A stretch of DNA of 32,703 nucleotides from positions 1 through 32,703 of the forward strand of contig DATJCF010000049.1 of assembly GCA_035514935.1 (NCBI GenBank). The letters are read 5' to 3'. The notes under the pieces are model-generated. The model was not told the DNA's origin, ran no database searches, and worked only from the letters and a program-made list of their open reading frames with translations. This document shows, one piece after another, positions 24,623 to 32,703 of the stretch. Made by a program: the position numbers and the translations under genes. Numbering within the stretch: the stretch's first letter is position 1; each line of letters begins with the position of its first letter. The stretch is from Rhodanobacter sp. Its GTDB lineage: Bacteria; Pseudomonadota; Gammaproteobacteria; Xanthomonadales; Rhodanobacteraceae.

Positions 24623-26286
24623 AACGCGATCACGACGCTTTCGGCCGGCTCGCCGCCGTCAGCAATGGCATGTTGCTGGCGATGTTCGGCCTGCTGGCCG
24701 CACTGCTGTGGTATTGCCGCGTTGAAGCGGTGCAATGGCACGATCCGGGCCGCCACTGCTGGCTGGCCGCGGCAGGAGTGCTGGGCAGTTGGATGGCGCT
24801 GGCGGGCTGGTTCCGACGCCGCCGCGGGCGGATCGAAGGCGGTGAAACCGTACCGGCCGCTTCGGCACCGCAAACCGCTGCGGCACCCGCGCCGGCCGCG
24901 GTGGATACGGTGCGCGTGTTCTACGCCAGCCAGACCGGCCTGGCCGAGCAACTGGCGCGGCAGACCTGGCAGAGCCTGCAAACCGCCGGCGTGCCGTCGC
25001 GCGTGGATGCAATCGACGCGTCGACCCTGGCGGCCTTGCGCGATACCTCGCGCGCGCTGTTCGTGGTCAGCACCACCGGTGATGGCGAACCGCCGGACAT
25101 GGCCGTCGCCTTCGCGCATCAGGCGATGGCGAACGCGGCGGACCTGGCCAGCGTGCGTTATGGCCTGCTGGCGCTGGGCGACAGCGACTACGACGAGTTC
25201 TGCGGCTTTGGCCGCCAACTGCAGCGCTGGCTGCGGGCCAGCGGCGCGCAGGCGCTGTTCGATCCGGTGGAAGTGGACGATGAAGACGCCACCGCGCTGC
25301 GCCATTGGCAACACCACCTGGCCGCGCTGTGCGATGTGCGCGACCTGCCGGATTGGCAGCCGCCGCGTTATCAGCAATGGCAACTGGCGGAACGGCAGCT
25401 ACTCAATGCCGGAAGCCTGGGCGGCCCCTGCTTCCATCTGGCCTTGCGACCGTTGCAAGGCGCGGCGTCCTGGCAGGCTGGCGACCTGGTGGACATCGGG
25501 CCGCGGCACGCGCCCGCCGACGTGGCGCAGTGGCTGTCGGCGCATGCGCTCGACGGTAACGCCATGGTGATGTTTGGAAAGGAATCCCTGTCCCTGGCCA
25601 GCCTGCTGGCGCGCTGTCGGCTGCCGGCGCCCGGCGAGATGGCGGGGCTGGACGAAACGGCGGTGGCGGCCCGGCTGCAGCTGTTGCCGCACCGCGAATA
25701 TTCGATTGCCTCGGTACCAGCCGATGGCGCCATCCATCTGCTGGTGCGCCGGCAAAGCACCCCGGATGGAACGCCGGGCATCGGCTCGGGCTGGCTGACC
25801 ATGCATGCGCCGATCGGAAGCGAGATCGCCTTGCGCGTACGCCGCAACGCCGCCTTCCATGCGCCCGCCGACGCGCGGCCGCTGATCCTGATCGGCAACG
25901 GTACCGGCATGGCCGCGCTGCGCGCGCTGCTGAAGGAGCGCATCGATGCGGGTCGCCACCGGAACTGGCTGCTGTACGGCGAGCGTCAGCAGGCGCACGA
26001 CTTTCCCTACCGCGACGAGATCAACCGCTGGTTGGCCCAGGGCCAGCTGGAACGCGCGGACTTTGCCTGGTCGCGCGAGCAGGCCGAACGCATCTACGTG
26101 CAGCACCGCCTGCGGCAGGCCGCCGACACGCTGCGCGAATGGGTGGTCGCCGGGGCGGCGATCCAGGTCTGCGGCAGCCTGCAGGGCATGGCGCCGGCGG
26201 TGGATGCGGTGTTGTGCGAGGTGCTGGGTGATACGGCCGTCGAGCAGTTGCGCGAAACGGGCCGTTATCGCCGTGACGTGTACTGA
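24619..26286 (+). CDS. Membrane-anchored flavodoxin + FNR oxidoreductase (CysJ-like flavoprotein)
   Basis: Two N-terminal hydrophobic segments; YASQTG, STTGDGEPP, LGDSDY, REYSIAS, GNGTGMA, GRYRRDVY. Confidence 0.9.
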   Translation: MKRDHDAFGRLAAVSNGMLLAMFGLLAALLWYCRVEAVQWHDPGRHCWLAAAGVLGSWMALAGWFRRRRGRIEGGETVPAASAPQTAAAPAPAAVDTVRVFYASQTGLAEQLARQTWQSLQTAGVPSRVDAIDASTLAALRDTSRALFVVSTTGDGEPPDMAVAFAHQAMANAADLASVRYGLLALGDSDYDEFCGFGRQLQRWLRASGAQALFDPVEVDDEDATALRHWQHHLAALCDVRDLPDWQPPRYQQWQLAERQLLNAGSLGGPCFHLALRPLQGAASWQAGDLVDIGPRHAPADVAQWLSAHALDGNAMVMFGKESLSLASLLARCRLPAPGEMAGLDETAVAARLQLLPHREYSIASVPADGAIHLLVRRQSTPDGTPGIGSGWLTMHAPIGSEIALRVRRNAAFHAPADARPLILIGNGTGMAALRALLKERIDAGRHRNWLLYGERQQAHDFPYRDEINRWLAQGQLERADFAWSREQAERIYVQHRLRQAADTLREWVVAGAAIQVCGSLQGMAPAVDAVLCEVLGDTAVEQLRETGRYRRDVY

Positions 26287-26298
26287 AGCGCGGGGCGC

Positions 26299-26838
26299 TT
26301 ACGCGTAGGCGCGGCGATGTTCGCGATGGGGCGGGTAATAGGCGAATACGTGGCTGTGACTGCCGTAGAAATCCATGTCTTCGATGTGCTCGCCGCCGAG
26401 CCGTTCGGCCAGCCGGTCGGAGGCTTCGTTGCCGATCCGCACCAGGCTGATCACCCGCGGCGCGTGCAGGCGGTTCCACACGAAATCCAGCGCGGCGTTG
26501 CCTGCTTCGGTGGCGTAACCCATGTGCTGGTGCTCGGGTTTCAGCATCCAGCCCAGCTCCAGGTCCGGCCAGCCTTCGGGATACATGAAGCCCACGCGGC
26601 CGATGAACTCGCCGGTGCTTTTCAGCTCCAGCGCCCACATGCCGCAACCGCGCAACTGCCAGTGGCCCAGCAGCATCGCCAGCGAGCGCCAGGCGTTGGT
26701 GCGGTCCAGCGGCTGGCCGTCGCCGACCCAGCGCGTGCTTTCGGGATTGGCCAGCATGGCGGCGTAGTCGTCGAAGTGACGCTCGGTGAGCGCGGTCAGG
26801 CGCAAGCGCGCCGTTTGGAGGGTAGGAATGTCAAACAT
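26299..26838 (-). CDS. GNAT N-acetyltransferase (RimJ/RimL family)
   Basis: LQTARLRL, FIGRVG, ELGW..GYATEA, N.AS.RLAERLG; start ATG 26838. Confidence 0.9.
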   Translation of the reverse strand: MFDIPTLQTARLRLTALTERHFDDYAAMLANPESTRWVGDGQPLDRTNAWRSLAMLLGHWQLRGCGMWALELKSTGEFIGRVGFMYPEGWPDLELGWMLKPEHQHMGYATEAGNAALDFVWNRLHAPRVISLVRIGNEASDRLAERLGGEHIEDMDFYGSHSHVFAYYPPHREHRRAYA

Positions 26839-27316
26839 CACGGTCAGCGTCGGTGGCGGCCAGCAAACGGGCCAGCGCCTGGGTAGTGCTGGCAAGACTC
26901 TCGTGCCAGGGCAAGCCGGTAATTGTCTCACCTGTGGCCGAATCGGCAAAATCCTCGCTTTGGCCCGGCGGCAGCAGGTGGCGGTAATCCACCGTCAGCT
27001 CGGTTCCCGCAGGCAGGTTGGCCAGCGCGAATACAAAGCCCAGGTGCCACAGGCCGTTCGGCGCAAAGCTGTGGTTGATGTAGCACTCGTCGGGCCAGTC
27101 CGGCGACAGCGTGTAGCGATCCTCGAACCAGCGCGCACTGGCGTGCCACTGGGCGCTCAGCGCCGGCGAGGCGGCGATTTCGGCGTGGCGAAAGGTGCGG
27201 TCGATGCCGTCCGGCGCGGTCAGTACGCGGCCCGCGGCGACGGGTTCATCGAGAAACAGGCCCTTGCCTGCGCCGGGAATGGTGGAGGCGGCAACGTGGT
27301 AACGCGGCAGGATCAT
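26831..27316 (-). CDS. SET-domain protein (putative protein-lysine methyltransferase)
   Basis: STIPGAGKGLF, YINHSFAPN and GTELTVDY SET signature motifs; start ATG 27316. Confidence 0.87.
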   Translation of the reverse strand: MILPRYHVAASTIPGAGKGLFLDEPVAAGRVLTAPDGIDRTFRHAEIAASPALSAQWHASARWFEDRYTLSPDWPDECYINHSFAPNGLWHLGFVFALANLPAGTELTVDYRHLLPPGQSEDFADSATGETITGLPWHESLASTTQALARLLAATDADRDV

Positions 27317-27426
27317 GTCCAGTACAACGGCAGCAGGGCGCGCGAGTTTAGCGCAGCGATGCGGCGGATGGACGTTGGCTGGCGGGGAAGGCTGCGCCTG
27401 GTTGGGAGGGAGAAGATCAGGAGCGA

Positions 27427-27464
27427 CCCCTCCCCAGCCCTCCCCTGCCGCGCAGGGGAGGGAG
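27427..27464. repeat. REP-like palindrome / terminator-like hairpin
   Basis: CCCCTCCCCAG followed by hairpin CCCTCCCCTGC-CGC-GCAGGGGAGGG, between comEA and the SET gene. Confidence 0.65.
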
Positions 27465-27477
27465 CAGACGATCAGGC

Positions 27478-27792
27478 TCACTCCTTGCGGGAGGCGTGCT
27501 TGGGAGTGGCCGGCGGCGCGGCGGTGTCGGCCAGCAGGATCGCGTCGCGATTGCGCTCGATGGTCGCCTTGCCGATGCCCTTGACGTGGCGCAGGTCGTC
27601 CGCCTTCTTGAACGGGCCGTGGGCATCGCGCCAGGCCACGATGGCCTGGGCGCGGGTGGTGCCGATGCCGTCCAGCGACTTGGCGATGGTGGGCGCGTCG
27701 GCCTGGTTGATATTGACCGGCGTGGCGGCGAACGTCAGCGCGGGCAGGGAGACCAGGGCGACGAAGGCGAGGGTGGCGAGTTTGCGGATCAT
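27478..27792 (-). CDS. comEA: ComEA-family helix-hairpin-helix DNA-binding protein
   Basis: Signal peptide; VNINQADA, LDGIGTTRAQAIV, GPFK..DDL..VKGIG. Confidence 0.92.
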   Translation of the reverse strand: MIRKLATLAFVALVSLPALTFAATPVNINQADAPTIAKSLDGIGTTRAQAIVAWRDAHGPFKKADDLRHVKGIGKATIERNRDAILLADTAAPPATPKHASRKE

Positions 27793-28000
27793 GGGTTTGC
27801 TCCTTGCGAAAGAATCGAGGCGGCGCCGATGGCCGCCACCCCACACTGGCCGCTTCGCGCGGCGGACACAGCCGGACCGTGCGCAGGCAGGCCGTGCGCG
27901 TCACGCGTGGAGAACTGTGAGGCATGACTTACGACACGTCGGCGCAGGGCCAACCTATGCCACTGATAGAATGCGCATTTGCCGCTGTTGGAGTTTCGCG

Positions 28001-29453
<1,453 letters not shown>

Positions 29454-29455
<2 letters not shown>

Positions 29456-29531
29456 GGGCGGAGAAGTGAGCCAAGAGGAGTGAGGGAGAGCATGCGATCC
29501 CCGTCTTTCTCTCGCTTCTCGCTTCCCGCTC
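29454..29531. repeat. Degenerate heptamer inverted repeat
   Basis: GAG recurs every 7 nt over 29454-29488, followed by complementary CTCGCTT CTCGCTT CCCGCTC at 29511-29531. Confidence 0.5.
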
Positions 29532-29548
29532 TAAAGGAGATTCCAACG

Positions 29549-30268
29549 TTGTCCGACCCCACCTATCTCGCCGCCAACTGGGCTGACGTCCGCCGGCGCG
29601 TGGACGAAGCTTGCCATGCCGCCGGGCGCGATCCGGCCGAGGTGACGATCCTGCCGGTCAGCAAGACGTTCGGCGCCGAGACCGTTCGCGCCGCGATGGC
29701 GCTGGGCTTGCGCCGCTTCGGCGAGAACAAGGTGCAGGAAATCCGCGACAAGGCTGCCGCGCTGGACGGCTGCGGCATCGAGTGGGTGGTGATCGGCCAC
29801 CTGCAGACCAACAAGGCCCATGACGTGGCGCGGCTGGCCAGCGAGGTGCAGTCGCTGGACCGGCCGCAACTCGCCGTGGCGCTGCACCGCCAGCTGGTGG
29901 CCGCGGGGCGGACGATCGACGTGCTGGTGCAGGTCAAGACCGCCGCCGAGGAAAGCAAGTACGGGCTGGACCCGGCGCAGCTGCCGGCGTTCCTGGACAG
30001 CTTGCGCGGCTATCCAACCCTGCGTCCGCGCGGGCTGATGACGCTGGCCACCCATTCCGACGATCCGCGCGTGGTTCGCGGCTGTTTCCGCCAGCTGCGT
30101 GAGCTGCGCGACCAGGCGGCGGCCCGCGGACACGACCTGCCGCGGCTGTCGATGGGCATGAGCGGCGATTTCCCGCTGGCGATCGCCGAGGGCGCCACCG
30201 AGGTGCGGATCGGCACGGCGATCTTCGGCCAGCGTCCCCAGCCGACGGTCATACCTGCTGCTGGCTGA
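29549..30268 (+). CDS. yggS: YggS/PLPBP pyridoxal phosphate homeostasis protein
   Basis: PVSKT, FGENKVQE, IGHLQTNK, LSMGMSGD, VRIGTAIFG; TTG start 29549 after AAGGAG. Confidence 0.93.
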   Translation: MSDPTYLAANWADVRRRVDEACHAAGRDPAEVTILPVSKTFGAETVRAAMALGLRRFGENKVQEIRDKAAALDGCGIEWVVIGHLQTNKAHDVARLASEVQSLDRPQLAVALHRQLVAAGRTIDVLVQVKTAAEESKYGLDPAQLPAFLDSLRGYPTLRPRGLMTLATHSDDPRVVRGCFRQLRELRDQAAARGHDLPRLSMGMSGDFPLAIAEGATEVRIGTAIFGQRPQPTVIPAAG

Positions 30269-30483
30269 AGGCGGTTCGCCCCGATCTCAGCCGGCGTGCG
30301 ACGATTTTCCCTGTCGAATCAGGCCGTTCCAACTGTGCGCGCCGTCCCGGAAACCCGAAACGACGGAGTTCAGTTAACCCGGATCGAACATACGGCCTAT
30401 CTCCCTTTGCTAAGTTCACCCCTTCGTCACGTCATCGACACCGTTCGGTGACAGTCCGTGAACCGCAAAAGGGATAGTCCCGC

Positions 30484-31179
30484 ATGCCAAGCCACCGATT
30501 GACCGTTGCTGCGGCCGTTGTTGCCGCATCACTCTGCGGTTCGCTGCATGCTGCCGTCACGCATAGCGCCTATATCGATGTTCAGCCCGCCACCACCGCT
30601 GCCGCCCCGGCCGTAGCGCCGCTGCCGATCTTCGCCAGCGTGTCCGTGGCCGGTGCCGATGCCGCCGCGTTCCCCGCACTGCTGGCCCACCGCAACGTGG
30701 CTCACGTCGCGCCGGTCAGGCCGGACACGGCGACTGCCGCGGACGAAGAGGCGGAGGACGTCGCCGGTGTCACCGATCTGCGCAAGGCCTTGATCGCGAT
30801 GGCGATGAAGCTGCGCGATACCCGTTATGTGCGTGGCGGGCGCGACCCCTCGACCGGTTTCGATTGCAGTGGTTTCGTGCGTTACGTGTTTGCCCACGCG
30901 GTGGGCATGCAGTTGCCGACCAATTCCGCGGCGCAGTTCCTGGCCGGGTTGAAGGTCAAGCGCGCCGACATGAAGCCCGGTGACCTGGTGTTCTTCCGCA
31001 CGAGCGGCAAGCACCGCGTCTCGCACGTCGGCATCTACATCTCCGACGGCCGCTTCATCCATTCGCCCACCACCGGCAAATCGGTGGAAATCTCCAGCCT
31101 GGAGACCGGCTACTGGGCCAAGCGTTTCGTGGGCGCCAAGCGTCCGGAAGCGATGGCGATGGCCGCGCACAACGGTTGA
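30484..31179 (+). CDS. NlpC/P60 (C40) peptidoglycan peptidase
   Basis: Signal peptide; GFDCSGFV, PGDLVFF, SHVGIY, FIHSP. Confidence 0.93.
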   Translation: MPSHRLTVAAAVVAASLCGSLHAAVTHSAYIDVQPATTAAAPAVAPLPIFASVSVAGADAAAFPALLAHRNVAHVAPVRPDTATAADEEAEDVAGVTDLRKALIAMAMKLRDTRYVRGGRDPSTGFDCSGFVRYVFAHAVGMQLPTNSAAQFLAGLKVKRADMKPGDLVFFRTSGKHRVSHVGIYISDGRFIHSPTTGKSVEISSLETGYWAKRFVGAKRPEAMAMAAHNG

Positions 31180-31204
31180 TCCGCCACCGTCGTTGCACCG
31201 CACG

Positions 31205-31232
31205 AAGCCGCCGCAAGGCGGCTTTTGGTTTT
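31205..31232 (+). terminator. Intrinsic terminator
   Basis: AAGCCGCC-GCAA-GGCGGCTT followed by TTGGTTTT. Confidence 0.8.
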
Positions 31233-31351
31233 CACGACCCACCCGCTGCTTGTGCCATCGTCGTGGCTGCCCCATCTCCCTGGGTTGATGCGCGCGCCGA
31301 CCATGGTGTGTCTGCTGTCATGCTTGCCACCTGCTTCCTGGAATCCGCCGC

Positions 31352-32005
31352 ATGCCTTTGAACCTGCCGCCCGTCACCCGCAACCTGCTGATCGCCAATG
31401 TCGTGCTGTTCCTGCTGCAGCAGGTATTCGGCGAAATGCTGTTGCAGTATTTCGCGCTGTGGCCGTGGGGGCCGGACCACGTGATGCAGCTGTCCAGCGG
31501 CGCGCTGGCGTCGGTGGGGTTCCGGCCGTGGCAGGTGGTGAGCTACGCGTTCATGCATGGTGGCGTGACCCACATCCTGTTCAACATGATCGCGCTGTAC
31601 ATGTTCGGCGGCGTCATCGAGCGCACCTTCGGCGCGCGCAATTTCGTCATCTATTACTTCGTTTGCGCCGTGGTGGCGGCGGTGGCGCAGCTGATCGTGG
31701 TGCAGTGGTTCACCCACGGCTTCTATCCCACGCTGGGCGCGTCGGGTGCGGTGTTCGGGCTGCTGCTGGCCTTCGGCATGCTGTATCCGCATGAGAAGGT
31801 GATGCTGATCTTCCTGCCGGTGCCGATGCCCGCGTGGCTGTTCGTGATCGGCTACGCGTTGGTGGAACTGGTGATGGGCGTCACCGGCACCCAGGCCGGC
31901 GTGGCGCATTTCGCGCACCTGGGCGGCATGGTGGGCGGCTACGTGCTGATCCAGTACTGGCGCGGGCGTTTGCCGATCAAGCCCAAAGGGCGGCTGTTGC
32001 GTTGA
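31352..32005 (+). CDS. Rhomboid family intramembrane serine protease
   Basis: PWQVVSYAFMHGG..HILFNM, GASGAVFG and AHFAHLGG motifs. Confidence 0.94.
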   Translation: MPLNLPPVTRNLLIANVVLFLLQQVFGEMLLQYFALWPWGPDHVMQLSSGALASVGFRPWQVVSYAFMHGGVTHILFNMIALYMFGGVIERTFGARNFVIYYFVCAVVAAVAQLIVVQWFTHGFYPTLGASGAVFGLLLAFGMLYPHEKVMLIFLPVPMPAWLFVIGYALVELVMGVTGTQAGVAHFAHLGGMVGGYVLIQYWRGRLPIKPKGRLLR

Positions 32006-32008
32006 TGC

Positions 32009-32111
32009 CGGGATTCGGGATTCGGGATTCGGAAGAGCCAAACCTGCCTTGCTGCTGCAACGAGGCGAGCTTTTGCTTTTACAAATCCCGAATCCCAAAT
32101 GCCGAATCCCG
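32009..32111. repeat. Inverted heptamer arrays (CGGGATT)n / (AATCCCG)n between convergent genes
   Basis: CGGGATT x3 from 32009; AATCCCG AATCCCA AATGCCG AATCCCG at 32084-32111. Confidence 0.8.
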
Positions 32112-32129
32112 GGCGGCCGTCAGGCCGCC

Positions 32130-32703
32130 CTAGCGCAGCGCCAGGAAATCTGCGCTGACCACAAACCGCACTGCATCCAGGCGCAGCCGCGACAGCGGCA
32201 GCGCGGCCAGCAACTGGGTGCGCTCGTCGGTGACCGCGCCGATTTCCGTATCGCTGACCGATGGGTTCACCGCGCGCAGCGCCAGCAACCGTGACAGCTC
32301 CGCATCCAGCGTTTCGCTGGCCAGCGCCAACGCCTCATCGATGCGTGACTGGCCGCGGTTGGTGGCCAGCGCTTCGGCGCGCTCCAGCATCGGCGGCACC
32401 AGCTTGCCGAGGAACTTGCGATAGCGCGCCACCTCGATGTTGCGATCGGCCGCCTTGCGCAAGGCCACGTCGCTGGGCGTGAAATCGGCACGCTCGGCCA
32501 GTTTGGTGTCGACCGTGATGACGATCGGCAGGCTGGGCAGGAAGCGCTCCGCGTCCAGCTTGCGATCGGCCACGCACTCCAGCACGAACACTGCCTGCAG
32601 CAACGCGGTGCGCGGTGGCAGCACGTCGTCCACCATGAAAGCGGCATTGCCCTGTTCGCCGGACAGCGCCAGGTCGAGTGCGCCGGCCACCAGCGGATGG
32701 TCG
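32130..32703 (-). CDS. rapA: RNA polymerase-associated protein RapA, C-terminal part (5' truncated by window edge)
   Basis: Frame is open to the window edge (DHPLVAGALDL...GNAA); ERFLP, ELSRLLALRAVNPSV and RLRLDAVRFVV match the RapA C-terminus. Confidence 0.88.
   Translation of the reverse strand, partial: DHPLVAGALDLALSGEQGNAAFMVDDVLPPRTALLQAVFVLECVADRKLDAERFLPSLPIVITVDTKLAERADFTPSDVALRKAADRNIEVARYRKFLGKLVPPMLERAEALATNRGQSRIDEALALASETLDAELSRLLALRAVNPSVSDTEIGAVTDERTQLLAALPLSRLRLDAVRFVVSADFLALR

Noticed and set aside
24619-26286. Assignment as cysJ of sulfate assimilation
   Set aside because: No cysI or cysH nearby; the N-terminal membrane anchor and PepSY/ApbE context point to the iron-linked paralogue.
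27317-27925. 364-aa extended SET protein
   Set aside because: The extension runs off-frame through comEA and a REP-like hairpin; SET motifs begin right after ATG 27316.
26786-28000. 889-aa M20 peptidase with a long N-terminal extension
   Set aside because: The extension is antisense to the SET and comEA genes; a proper RBS and ATG lie at 28001.

Overview
GC-rich gammaproteobacterial DNA; gene content and repeat types suggest Xanthomonadales, probably Rhodanobacter/Dyella-like (inference). The window has four parts. (1) The 3' end of a class-III aminotransferase. (2) A ~7.9-kb block with no transposase (439-8359), carrying TetR, an SDR, an RND pump without an outer-membrane factor, a possible Rrf2 remnant and a CxxC flavin oxidoreductase. 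It is bracketed by two inverted copies of a 300-380-bp structured REP-containing repeat and, further in, by two inverted ~30-bp palindromic sites. The repeats carry CsrA/RsmA-type GGA-loop hairpins. (3) A 14-gene cluster I cannot match to a characterised pathway (8384-21372): NodE-like ketosynthase plus ACP, FemAB-like GNAT, arginase-fold hydrolase, DegT aminotransferase, two ArnE/F-like small transporters, esterase, DevBCA/TolC-like exporter (TolC frameshifted) and a two-component system. It looks like a lipid or glycolipid synthesis-and-export system. (4) A Fur-boxed PepSY/DUF2271/DUF4198/ApbE/flavoreductase operon, a comEA-SET-GNAT run, and housekeeping genes (M20 peptidase, yggS, NlpC/P60, rhomboid, 3' end of rapA). 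No rRNA, tRNA, CRISPR array, transposase or integrase was seen. All family calls come from motif recognition by eye, not database searches.
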